Source: Comamonadaceae bacterium | Lineage (GTDB): Bacteria; Pseudomonadota; Gammaproteobacteria; Burkholderiales; Burkholderiaceae_C | Reading direction: 5' to 3' | Assembly (NCBI GenBank): GCA_037141865.1 | Contig: JBAXBQ010000003.1 | Span: forward strand, 21,072-85,071 | DNA: 64,000 nucleotides | Shown here: positions 45,340 to 54,337 of the stretch, piece by piece | How positions within the stretch are numbered: position 1 is the first letter of the stretch | Layout of the letters: each line of letters starts with the position of its first letter | The notes under the pieces: generated by a model | The model's database searches: none | What the model saw: the letters and a program-made list of their open reading frames with translations, nothing else | Told to the model about the DNA's origin: nothing | Made by a program: the position numbers and the translations under genes

Positions 45340-46449
45340 CTATGCCCGCATGGCTCGCGAATGTTCATGCACGGCTTGCACCAGGGCCGCCACATGGTCG
45401 GGAGGTGTGTACTGACTTATGCCATGCCCGAGGTTGAAGATGTGGGTCGGGCCGGTACCCGCGCCGGTGTGCGGCGTACCAAAGCTGGTCAGTGTTTTGA
45501 CCACCTCGGCCTCAATTTGGGCCGGACTGGCAAACAGCACGTTGGGGTCAATATTGCCCTGCAGAGCTTTATGCTCGCCCACAAAAGCACGTGCCTTGGC
45601 CAGGTTGACGGTCCAGTCCAACCCCAGCACGTCGCAGTCCAACTGGCCCATTTCCTTCAGCCACAGCCCGCCACCCTTGGTGAACACGATACTCGGGATA
45701 CGCACACCGTCGTGCTCTTTTTTCAACTGTGCCAGCACCCGCGCCGTATAAGCCAGGCTGAACTCCTGGAACGCGCCGTCGGCCAGCACGCCGCCCCAAC
45801 TATCGAAAATCATCACGGCCTGCGCGCCTGCGTCTATTTGAGCATTAAGGTACTGTGCTACGGCGTCAGCGTTGATTTGCAGTATTTTGTGCATCAGGTC
45901 AGGTCGGCTGTACAGCATGGTTTTGACCAAACGGTAGTCGTCTGAGCCGGCGCCTTCCACCATGTAACAGGCCAGCGTCCAGGGGCTGCCGGAGAAACCA
46001 ATCAGTGGCACCCGTCCGTTGAGGGCTTTGCGAATTGAGGTGACGGCGTCAAACACGTAGCGCAGCTTGTCCATGTCTGGCACCGCCAGTTTGGCGACCG
46101 CTGCTTCGTCACGCACGGCGCTGGCAAATTTGGGACCTTCGCCCAATGCAAACGTGAGCCCCAGCCCCATGGCGTCGGGCACGGTCAGGATGTCGCTGAA
46201 CAAAATGGCGGCGTCCAGCGGATAGCGGTCCACCGGCTGCAAGGTGACTTCGGTGGCGTAGTCGGTGTTGGTGGCCAGGCCCATGAAGCTGCCTGCTTTG
46301 GCGCGTGTGGCACGGTACTCGGGCAGATAGCGTCCGGCCTGGCGCATCAGCCAGACCGGTGTGTGATCAGTGGCCTGGCGCAGGCAGGCGCGGATGAAGC
46401 TGTCGTTTTGTAGGGGCGCAAAGGCGCTGGGGAGGGCTGGTGTATTCAT
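45340..46449 (-). CDS. hemE: uroporphyrinogen decarboxylase
   Basis: [15 protein letters not shown] signature. Start at internal ATG 46449. Confidence 0.95.
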   Translation of the reverse strand: MNTPALPSAFAPLQNDSFIRACLRQATDHTPVWLMRQAGRYLPEYRATRAKAGSFMGLATNTDYATEVTLQPVDRYPLDAAILFSDILTVPDAMGLGLTFALGEGPKFASAVRDEAAVAKLAVPDMDKLRYVFDAVTSIRKALNGRVPLIGFSGSPWTLACYMVEGAGSDDYRLVKTMLYSRPDLMHKILQINADAVAQYLNAQIDAGAQAVMIFDSWGGVLADGAFQEFSLAYTARVLAQLKKEHDGVRIPSIVFTKGGGLWLKEMGQLDCDVLGLDWTVNLAKARAFVGEHKALQGNIDPNVLFASPAQIEAEVVKTLTSFGTPHTGAGTGPTHIFNLGHGISQYTPPDHVAALVQAVHEHSRAMRA

Positions 46450-46474
46450 GCCCCAATTGTCGCAGCAAGAGCCC

Positions 46475-47629
46475 TCAGGGTTTGGCGCTGCGAGCAGGTA
46501 AGCGCATGGCGGCGTCCTCAAACGTACCGGCCTCGGCGTCCAGGTGGCAGGCCGCACAGTTGGCTTTGCTTTTAACTTGCGGCAATTGCCAATCGGCTGC
46601 TGCGATGTCCTTGTGCTTCTTGACCCAATAAGGCGTTTCAGTGATACGCAGTGGCGCCGCCTCGATCTTGAGTGACCGGTCGATCTTGCTTGCTGGCTCG
46701 GTCTGATGCCGGTCGGCCGAATTCTCGGTCATGAAAGTCAACAATGCTGCGCTGGTGGGTGCATCAAACGCCAGGTCAGCACCGAAGTGCTGGGTTTGCT
46801 CGGCCATGATACGTACCCATGATCGGCTCGGCAGCAGCGAAGGGTGAAATGCCAGATGGCAGCTGCCACACTCATCTCGCCATTGGGCGTTGTCAGCCAG
46901 TTTGGGGCCGACGAAGGCAACACTCGACGTCTCGAGCTTGCCCACGGGTCGGCCGAGTTGCCTCTCCAGGGGCGCATGCAGGGCGTAGAAAAACCACCAA
47001 AGCCCATAGGCCGCAGCCAGCACCACCATCAGCACCGCCACCTCCCGGCGCGGCCGCGCCGCCGGGGCTCCGGCATTGGCCAGCTTGGTGCCCGTGAACA
47101 TAGAGCGCGCCAGATTCTCCCGATGCAAAACGCTTTCCACCACCACCCCGGCAAGATGCCCCAACACCAGCAGCAGCATCAGGTTGGCTGAGAATTCGTG
47201 CAGTTCCTTGAACGTCTGACTTTGCGCAAAACTCATCCAGCCGGCCGCCGCTCCTTGCCGTTCTTCACCACCCAAAGTAAAGAAGCCGGTGACGCCCACT
47301 ACCAGGGTCAGGATCAGCAGCAAATAGATGGCCAGACTGCCGGTCGGGTTGTGACCGACATGGCGCTCAGCCTTGCCCGTCAGTAACTGGCGCAAATAAG
47401 TCAGCGCTGTTTTGGGTCCGAACCAGAATGACGAAAAACGGGCATAGTGCGTGCCGATCAGGCCCCAGACCACTCGAAAGGCCACCAGGCCCAGCATGAG
47501 ATAACCCAAAAACACATGGACCGACAGCCACTCATCCGACTCGCTGGTAAGCCAGGCGCCAGCAAAACAAAGCACCAGCATCCAATGAAACAAGCGGGTT
47601 GGAACGTCCCAGATCAAAGTTCGTTGCAT
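46475..47629 (-). CDS. cytochrome b (b561/PF01292-like four-TM domain) fused to a diheme cytochrome c (DHC) domain
   Basis: N-terminal VPTRLFHW and His-bearing TM helices. The C-terminal domain has two CxxCH motifs (CGSCH, CAACH). The GTG at 47644 is an alternative start. Confidence 0.8.
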   Translation of the reverse strand: MQRTLIWDVPTRLFHWMLVLCFAGAWLTSESDEWLSVHVFLGYLMLGLVAFRVVWGLIGTHYARFSSFWFGPKTALTYLRQLLTGKAERHVGHNPTGSLAIYLLLILTLVVGVTGFFTLGGEERQGAAAGWMSFAQSQTFKELHEFSANLMLLLVLGHLAGVVVESVLHRENLARSMFTGTKLANAGAPAARPRREVAVLMVVLAAAYGLWWFFYALHAPLERQLGRPVGKLETSSVAFVGPKLADNAQWRDECGSCHLAFHPSLLPSRSWVRIMAEQTQHFGADLAFDAPTSAALLTFMTENSADRHQTEPASKIDRSLKIEAAPLRITETPYWVKKHKDIAAADWQLPQVKSKANCAACHLDAEAGTFEDAAMRLPARSAKP

Positions 47630-47649
47630 CGGGCCAGGCTTCACTTGAT

Positions 47650-48054
47650 TTACTTGACGGACAGGGCGTAGGCGATGAAATCACCTTTTTCCTGGGCGCT
47701 ACAGGCGCGGCTCATCACATCGTTGCAATTGCGCTTGAACCACTTTTCCACATTGGCCACGTCGGTAAAGCGCTTTGGGTTCGCTGCCGGTGCCAGCGGC
47801 AAAATTTCCTTGTTGGTCTTGACGTGTTTACCAACTGCCAAGGGTGAATCGGTATGACATGACGCACAGGTGAGTTCGCCCACCTTGGTTGAGTAAAGCT
47901 TTTGCCCGGCGGCGGCGGAGAAGTCTTTGAAAGCAGGATTTTCCAGCTTGGCGGCAGCGCGATAGCTGTCCTGTATCGGGTTGGCGGCTGCGCCCAGCGG
48001 TAATGCCAGAGCCAGACAGGCCAGCCAATATGTTTTGTTCAGGTTTGAGTTCAT
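47650..48054 (-). CDS. monoheme c-type cytochrome, DUF1924 / SHP-like
   Basis: Signal peptide, single CASCH, about 112-aa mature protein; immediately upstream of the DHC-cytochrome b gene. Confidence 0.75.
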   Translation of the reverse strand: MNSNLNKTYWLACLALALPLGAAANPIQDSYRAAAKLENPAFKDFSAAAGQKLYSTKVGELTCASCHTDSPLAVGKHVKTNKEILPLAPAANPKRFTDVANVEKWFKRNCNDVMSRACSAQEKGDFIAYALSVK

Positions 48055-48139
48055 GGTGGGTTCCTTTGGTTGGTAACAGCGCTGTCCGATCTCGCGATTA
48101 ACTTGATCGCTGTTCAGGCTCGAACGTGTCAGGAGCCAA

Positions 48140-48163
48140 AGTTAACACTGGCGAATTAACACA
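48140..48163. repeat. direct repeat AgTTAACAC / AaTTAACAC, 15-nt start-to-start, upstream of the SHP-like gene
   Basis: Read directly. A third, degenerate copy (GATTAAC) lies at 48097-48103. Confidence 0.35.
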
Positions 48164-48166
48164 TTC

Positions 48167-48574
48167 TTAAACGCTGCGCGCGTGTTCCACCATCAGGCAT
48201 TTATTCTGCACCACCCGCAAACCGGCCGCCTGCGCAGCACTGGCCGCCGCCGTGTTTTCAATACCCAACTGCAACCATAAAGCCTGGGCACCAATGGCAA
48301 TGGCCTCGGCGGCAATCGGCGCCACATCATCGCTGTTGCGAAACACGTTGACCAGTTCAATGCGTTCGTACCGAGCCGCCTCCAGCAGATTTGGATAGGC
48401 TTTTTGGCCCAGTATTTCAGCCGCGTTGGGATTGACAGGAATGATTCGCCAGCCCTGCTTCTGCATATAGAGCGCCACACCATAACTGTCGCGGTGCGGC
48501 TTGGGTGACAGGCCCACCACGGCGACAGTCCTGCAGTTGCTCAGGATGTGACGAATGTCGTCAGCCTGCGTCAT
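48167..48574 (-). CDS. CoA-binding domain protein (YccU-like)
   Basis: 135 aa, ...RTVAVVGLSPKPHRDSYGV... Rossmann-like CoA-binding motif. Confidence 0.85.
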   Translation of the reverse strand: MTQADDIRHILSNCRTVAVVGLSPKPHRDSYGVALYMQKQGWRIIPVNPNAAEILGQKAYPNLLEAARYERIELVNVFRNSDDVAPIAAEAIAIGAQALWLQLGIENTAAASAAQAAGLRVVQNKCLMVEHARSV

Positions 48575-48577
48575 AGG

Positions 48578-50725
48578 TCAAAGCGCTTGCAGCGCCGCCC
48601 GGACCTCTTGCACACTCAAAATTTCGGACAACACGACGGGTGCGCTGCCCACCTTGTGGAGAACATAAACCGGAACCCCGTTGCGGCCCAATTGCGCCAG
48701 AGCGGCGGAAATGGCGGGGTCGCGCCGGGTCCAGTCAGCACGCAGGAGTGTGACCTTTTTCGCCTGCAGATCGGCCAGCACATCCTTGTCCACCAGGGTG
48801 GTTTTCTTGTTGTACTGACAGGTCACACACCAGGCAGCGGTAAAGTCGACGAACACCGGTGTACCACTGGCCAGCACTTGCTCGACGCGGCCGGGGGCCC
48901 AGGCTTGCCAACGGTCAGTACTTGATGAAGCCGACGTGACTTCCACAGGCTTGACAATATTGCGGCCGATAGCTCCCACCAACAAGGCGCAGACGGCAAT
49001 TGAAATAGTCGCGACCACGGATCGGCTACGCCCCTTGAGCGTGAGCGACCACAGCAAGGCGCTGAGGGCCACCAGCAAGGCCAGCAGCGCGCCGGCGCCA
49101 TCAATGCCGCTTTGCTGTCCCAGCACCCACACCAACCACACCACAGTGGCAAACATGGGGAACGCCATAGCGTGGCGGAAGGTGTCCATCCAGGCACCGG
49201 GGCGCGGCAGCAGTTTGGCGACGGCCGGAATCAGGCTGGCGGCCAGATAGGGCAGGGCCATGCCGACCCCGATGGTGGTGAAAATTAGCAGGGCTTGCAG
49301 CGCCGGCAAACCGAGCGCAAGACCGAGCGAGGCACCCATGAATGGTGCAGTGCAGGGCGATGCAACAGCGACCGCCAGCACGCCCGACAAAAACGCATTG
49401 ACAGCCGGGTTCTTGGCCTCCAGCAGCAACACGCGACTGGGCAGAAAGTGACCAAATTCAAACACGCCGGCCAGGTTCAAACCCATCACCGTAAATAACG
49501 CAGCCAGCGCCGCCACTATGGCGGGCGACTGCAGTTGAAAACCCCAACCGAGTTGCTCACCGGCACTGCGCAGGCCCAGCAACAGCGCCCCCAGCGCCAG
49601 GAAGGAGATCACCACCCCCGCGCTGTAGGCCAGGCCGCTGATGCGGTGGCCGCGCCGGTCGTTGGCATGCCGTGTGAAGCTCATCACCTTGATCGCCAGT
49701 ACCGGAAACACGCACGGCATCAGGTTCAGAATCAGTCCACCCAGCAAGGCACCCAGCAAGGCGGCCAGCAGCGTGATAGATGGCTTGATAGGTGGTGCAG
49801 CAGGGGATGACGCAAGTTCTGGTGCCGTCACGACAGTGGCGTTTGCAGGCACCGTTGGCCAGACACCCAGCACCCTGAGTTCTGCGCGATAAGCCTGGCT
49901 GTCAGCCGCCAACACCACGGGTATGACGGCAGGTGAATTGCTGCGCTCAACCGACAGCGGTACCCGTGCGCTCCAGATGTCACCGTTCCAGACCTGAGTC
50001 CATGACGCAGCTGTCGCAATCACTTCGGGTGTCTCGGGAAAGAAGTCAAGCGTCTTGCCACGCAGTGCGGTGGGCAACCCCTGCACCGTGAGTTTGATTG
50101 CATTGCCGTCGATCTGCGCATGGCTGTCATCTGGTCCGCTACCCGTCAGAGCATGCGGCTGGGCGGCAAAGGCAGCGTTGAAAGCCGCACTGTTGATGGC
50201 CGTTGAGCCCCTGACGGGTATTTTCAGCGCGAACTCGCCTTCCTCGGGTATGCATTCCTTGCGACATACCAGCCAGTTGGCCTTGAGTTTGACCTCGATC
50301 TCGCTGTTGGGTAGCGTTGGCTTGAAGGCTCCGGTGATGGTCACTGGCACCGGCAGCAGCACGGTAGCGTCATAACCGTAGTTGGCCAGGTTGCCAATGG
50401 GGATCTTTTTCGGTAGCGGCCAGGCAATCTCGCCGGCCGTCACACCCACAGGCAGCGTCCACTGCAGCGTTGTGGGCAGGCCGGAGTCGCCCGAATTCTT
50501 CCAGTAGGTGTGCCATTCCGGTTGGTGCGTCAGCTGCAGTCCCAGCCACACCGCCTTGCCGGGGTCAGCACCGTCCGGCGCATGCGCCATAAGTTCGGCG
50601 CGCACTTGCGCCGTCGTGACTATGGTTTTTGCCGGGTTTTGAGCGCCAGCCCCTGTCGATAAGAAGCAAGCAGCTATCAAAAGCGAATTGACAAGAGGGC
50701 GCTGAAAGAATTTAAAAAATGTCAT
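48578..50725 (-). CDS. dsbD: protein-disulfide reductase, DsbD family with long ScsB-like N-terminal domain
   Basis: 715 aa. Periplasmic N-domain, TM core with conserved Cys (MPCVFPVL, SPCTAPF), C-terminal thioredoxin WCVTC. Confidence 0.88.
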   Translation of the reverse strand: MTFFKFFQRPLVNSLLIAACFLSTGAGAQNPAKTIVTTAQVRAELMAHAPDGADPGKAVWLGLQLTHQPEWHTYWKNSGDSGLPTTLQWTLPVGVTAGEIAWPLPKKIPIGNLANYGYDATVLLPVPVTITGAFKPTLPNSEIEVKLKANWLVCRKECIPEEGEFALKIPVRGSTAINSAAFNAAFAAQPHALTGSGPDDSHAQIDGNAIKLTVQGLPTALRGKTLDFFPETPEVIATAASWTQVWNGDIWSARVPLSVERSNSPAVIPVVLAADSQAYRAELRVLGVWPTVPANATVVTAPELASSPAAPPIKPSITLLAALLGALLGGLILNLMPCVFPVLAIKVMSFTRHANDRRGHRISGLAYSAGVVISFLALGALLLGLRSAGEQLGWGFQLQSPAIVAALAALFTVMGLNLAGVFEFGHFLPSRVLLLEAKNPAVNAFLSGVLAVAVASPCTAPFMGASLGLALGLPALQALLIFTTIGVGMALPYLAASLIPAVAKLLPRPGAWMDTFRHAMAFPMFATVVWLVWVLGQQSGIDGAGALLALLVALSALLWSLTLKGRSRSVVATISIAVCALLVGAIGRNIVKPVEVTSASSSTDRWQAWAPGRVEQVLASGTPVFVDFTAAWCVTCQYNKKTTLVDKDVLADLQAKKVTLLRADWTRRDPAISAALAQLGRNGVPVYVLHKVGSAPVVLSEILSVQEVRAALQAL

Positions 50726-50742
50726 TGCAATGTAGGAGTGGG

Positions 50743-51072
50743 TCAGAAGAGCAAAGTTCCTTGGGCAAACACCGCGGGCAACTTCTTGGGTGCCTGGATA
50801 CGCAATTGCTTGTTGACATTTTCGCGCCCAAATACAACCTCGATGTCGGCCACCGCCACGCCAAACTGCGGCGCCAAAAATCGCACCATATGGTCGGTCG
50901 CCTTACCCGCTATCGGTGCCGCTGTCACACTGACTTTGAGTTGTGTGCCCTTGGGCTTGCCGATGGCGTCGCGTGCGGCGCTGGGTTTGCCCAGAATGTT
51001 GACCACCAGCACATTGCCTTCCCAGACAAAAAATGAGTCGCCGGTGGCATTTTTGACGTTTCCCCGGCTCAT
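50743..51072 (-). CDS. DUF167 (YggU) family protein
   Basis: 109 aa, ...LKVSVTAAPIAGKATDHMVRFLA... typical of YggU. 4-nt overlap with the upstream alaX-like gene. Confidence 0.8.
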   Translation of the reverse strand: MSRGNVKNATGDSFFVWEGNVLVVNILGKPSAARDAIGKPKGTQLKVSVTAAPIAGKATDHMVRFLAPQFGVAVADIEVVFGRENVNKQLRIQAPKKLPAVFAQGTLLF

Positions 51073-51836
51073 GGCGCAAAGCCCAGCACGACACGACGCG
51101 TGCTGGCTGATTTCTTTTCGATTTTGGTGACGACGACCTGACCGATTTCCGCCGTGTTTGCCACGTGGGTGCCGCCGCAGGGCTGCAAGTCGATCAAGTC
51201 AAGGCTGCCGATGCGGATGGTGCGAATTTTGCCGCTGCCGCGTGGCGGCTGCACCGACATGCTTTTCACCAGTGCCGGATTGGCGTCCAGTTCTTCGTCC
51301 GTGATGGCGCTAACCGTGACCGGGTGTGCCGCTGCCACCAGGCGTGCAATACCGACTGTGAGGGTCTCCTTGTCGAGGGCGTCGGTCATGTTGAAGTCCA
51401 GTCGCGCATAGTCGGGCGTGATGGAGCAACCGTTCACCAGTTGTGGCACCAGATGGCACAGCAGGTGCGTTGTGGTGTGAAAACGCATCAGGCGATGCCG
51501 CCGGGCCCAGTCGATGCGCGCCGTGACCGGGTCACCCACCGCCAGACGGACTCCACCGGGCGGTGCCTGCTCCATCAAATGAGCGAGCACATCCGGTGCC
51601 GGCACATGGCAAACATCGTTGTTGAAGCTGCCGTCTTCATTCTTGCCCTTGCGACTATCCACAATGGCGATCTGGCTGCCATCGGCCAGCACCAGCACGC
51701 CCGCGTCACCGGCCTGGCCGCCCCCCAGTGGGTAAAACACGCTGCGGTCCAGCACGATGCCCTGCGCCGTGATGGCTGTGACCGTGGCGGCGCACTCTTT
51801 GAGGTAGCTGTCATTGCGAAACAGGTCTTGCGTCAT
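51069..51836 (-). CDS. AlaX-like alanyl-tRNA editing protein (threonyl/alanyl-tRNA synthetase second additional domain)
   Basis: HTTTHLLCH (HxxxH) and QPCGGTHV (CxxxH) zinc motifs; 255 aa. Confidence 0.82.
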   Translation of the reverse strand: MTQDLFRNDSYLKECAATVTAITAQGIVLDRSVFYPLGGGQAGDAGVLVLADGSQIAIVDSRKGKNEDGSFNNDVCHVPAPDVLAHLMEQAPPGGVRLAVGDPVTARIDWARRHRLMRFHTTTHLLCHLVPQLVNGCSITPDYARLDFNMTDALDKETLTVGIARLVAAAHPVTVSAITDEELDANPALVKSMSVQPPRGSGKIRTIRIGSLDLIDLQPCGGTHVANTAEIGQVVVTKIEKKSASTRRVVLGFAP

Positions 51837-51853
51837 CCTTTGATAATACCGGT

Positions 51854-53479
51854 ATGCCGCATACCGCTCCTGGCGCGCCTTCCATTGTCCTGTGCACCCT
51901 GAATGCGAAGTTCATCCATGCCTCGCTGGGCTTGCGCTATTTGCTGGCCAATATGGGCGATCTGCGGGCCAGCACTGCGCTGTGCGAATTCACCATTGCC
52001 CGCAAACCGCAGGAGGTAATTGATGAGTTGCTGGTGATGCTGGACGGGCCAAACCGGGACACCATGCACACCGGTTCGGTGCAGATTGTTGGCTTTGGCG
52101 TGTACATCTGGAACGTGACCCAATCCACTGAAGTCGTGCGCCTGCTGAAAAGCGCGCGTCCGGATGTGAAAGTAGTGCTGGGCGGCCCCGAAGTCAGCCA
52201 TGAAATGCAAGAGCAAGACATCGTGCGCCTGGCCGACTTTGTCATCACCGGTTGGGGCGATGTGAGCTTTGCCAAACTATGCCGTGCCCTGCTGCACGGG
52301 CCGCAGCCGCTGATGAAGGTTATCGCGGGTGAGCAGCCGCCACTGGACCAGATTGTGCTGCCTTATGCCGAGTACAGCGACGCTGATCTGGCGCACCGCC
52401 TGCTGTACGTTGAGGCTTCGCGTGGTTGCCCGTTCAAGTGCGAGTTTTGTCTGAGTTCGCTGGACAAGACCGCCTGGGTTTTTGATCTGGATTTGTTTTT
52501 GGCGCAGCTACAGGTTTTGCATCAGCGCGGTGCCCGCAACTTCAAGTTTGTCGACAGAACTTTCAATTTGAAAATCGACGCCTCGGTGCGCATCCTGCAG
52601 TTTTTTCTGGATCGCTTGCCCGCGCCGGGCACGAGTCAATCAGCCGATCATCTGTTCCTGCATTTCGAAGTCGTTCCCGACCATCTGCCAGATCGTCTCA
52701 AGACCGTGATTGCGCAATTCCCACCCGGCATACTGCAACTGGAAATAGGTATCCAAAGCTTCAATGCAGAAGTGCAGCGGCGCATCTCACGCCAGCAGGA
52801 CAACGACAAGACCGAGGCCAACCTGCGCTGGCTGGCCACAGAGTCACACGCGCATTTACACACCGATCTGATCTTTGGCCTGCCCGGCGAAACGCTGGAA
52901 AGTTTTGCCGCCGGTTTTAACCGTCTGTATGCGCTGCGGCCGCACGAGATCCAGCTTGGTATTTTGAAGCGTTTGCGCGGCACGCCCATTGCCCGTCACA
53001 ACGCAGAACACGCCATGGTCTATGACCCCGAGCCACCCTACACGGTGCAGCAAACCGGCGTCGTGGACGCTGTCACGCTGCAACGCTTTACCCGCTTCTC
53101 GCGCTATTGGGACCTGGTTGCCAACTCGGGGCGCTTCAGGCAAACCCTGTCACTGTGGTTGGACCAGGGTCAGGCTTCTCCTTTTTATCCGTTCCTCGCT
53201 TTTGCCGATTGGCTTTGGCACAGCAGCCGAAACACCAGCGGCATCTCGCCCGAGATGCTGGTGAACGCCTTGTTTGATTACCTGTGTGAAAGTCGTGGTT
53301 TGCCGGTACAGGCGGTGCAACAAGCTCTGCTGACCGACTACCTCGTCAGCGGCGCGCGGGCCAGTCCGCGGGCCTTGAAAGGACTGCTGCCGAAACAGTT
53401 CGCACCCAAAATTCGTGTAACCAAGGCGCTGGCACAGCGCCAGAAGCGGCACGGCGTTCCCGATCAGGCTCTAAGATAG
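51854..53479 (+). CDS. B12-binding-domain radical SAM protein (DUF4080-type C-terminus)
   Basis: 541 aa. CX3CX2C cluster in ASRGCPFKCEFCLSS, N-terminal B12-binding-like Rossmann region, long C-terminal extension. Confidence 0.8.
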   Translation: MPHTAPGAPSIVLCTLNAKFIHASLGLRYLLANMGDLRASTALCEFTIARKPQEVIDELLVMLDGPNRDTMHTGSVQIVGFGVYIWNVTQSTEVVRLLKSARPDVKVVLGGPEVSHEMQEQDIVRLADFVITGWGDVSFAKLCRALLHGPQPLMKVIAGEQPPLDQIVLPYAEYSDADLAHRLLYVEASRGCPFKCEFCLSSLDKTAWVFDLDLFLAQLQVLHQRGARNFKFVDRTFNLKIDASVRILQFFLDRLPAPGTSQSADHLFLHFEVVPDHLPDRLKTVIAQFPPGILQLEIGIQSFNAEVQRRISRQQDNDKTEANLRWLATESHAHLHTDLIFGLPGETLESFAAGFNRLYALRPHEIQLGILKRLRGTPIARHNAEHAMVYDPEPPYTVQQTGVVDAVTLQRFTRFSRYWDLVANSGRFRQTLSLWLDQGQASPFYPFLAFADWLWHSSRNTSGISPEMLVNALFDYLCESRGLPVQAVQQALLTDYLVSGARASPRALKGLLPKQFAPKIRVTKALAQRQKRHGVPDQALR

Positions 53480-53485
53480 CGAACA

Positions 53486-54337
53486 ATGACAACCTTATCC
53501 AGATTCTGGGTCGATCTCTGCACGCAGGACTTCGCCCAACTCATCAGCAGCGGCCAGGCGGCGCAGACCATTGCCGTGCTGCCGGTCGCGGCCACTGAAC
53601 AGCATGGTCCGCATCTACCCCTGAGCGTGGACACGGTGCTGGTGGACGGTGTGGTGGCGGCGGCGTTGCCGCATTTGGCTCCGGGTTTGAAGGTGCTGTT
53701 CCTGCCGACGCAGGTGGTCGGTCTGAGTCCCGAGCACGCACGCTTTGCCGGCACACTGACCCTCAAGGCCGGGACCATTCTGCGGCTGTGGACCGACATT
53801 GCGGAATCGGTGGCGGCCGCGGGAATCAAGAAACTGTTGCTCTTCAATTCGCACGGCGGCCAGGTCAGTGTGATGGACATGGTGGCGCGCGATTTGCGCG
53901 CACGGCTCGATATGCTGGTGTACAGCGTGAGCTGGTTCAATCTGCCGTTGCTGGACGCCCAGGGCAATGACCTTAACGCGCTATTTGGTGCTACCGAACA
54001 CCGTTTTGGCATCCACGCCGGCGATCTGGAGACCTCCATGATGCTGGCGTTGGACCCGGCCCACGTGGACATGACCCAAGCGCAAAACTTTGCCTCTGCC
54101 TCACAAGACCGGGCACAGCGCTTTGACATTCTGGGCAATGGAAAAAGTGCCAAGCTCGGCTGGCAAATGCAGGACTACAACCCGGCTGGCGCGGTCGGTA
54201 ACGCCGCTGCAGCGACGGCACAGAAGGGGCGCGCCGTAGTGGAGGCGGCGGGGCTAAGTTTGGCTAGACTACTGGTAGAAATGGACCGCTTGCCCTTGAG
54301 TACGCTGGTGGCAAAGCCCGGGCTCGCTGCGCGCTAA
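53486..54337 (+). CDS. creatininase-family amidohydrolase
   Basis: 283 aa, ATEQHGPHLPLSVD and FNSHGGQ motifs typical of the family. Begins 6 nt after the rSAM gene. Confidence 0.8.
   Translation: MTTLSRFWVDLCTQDFAQLISSGQAAQTIAVLPVAATEQHGPHLPLSVDTVLVDGVVAAALPHLAPGLKVLFLPTQVVGLSPEHARFAGTLTLKAGTILRLWTDIAESVAAAGIKKLLLFNSHGGQVSVMDMVARDLRARLDMLVYSVSWFNLPLLDAQGNDLNALFGATEHRFGIHAGDLETSMMLALDPAHVDMTQAQNFASASQDRAQRFDILGNGKSAKLGWQMQDYNPAGAVGNAAAATAQKGRAVVEAAGLSLARLLVEMDRLPLSTLVAKPGLAAR

Noticed and set aside
48103-48116. FNR/ANR-like half-site TTGAT-N4-GTTCA upstream of the cytochrome genes.
   Set aside because: The second half-site matches ATCAA at only 2 of 5 positions.
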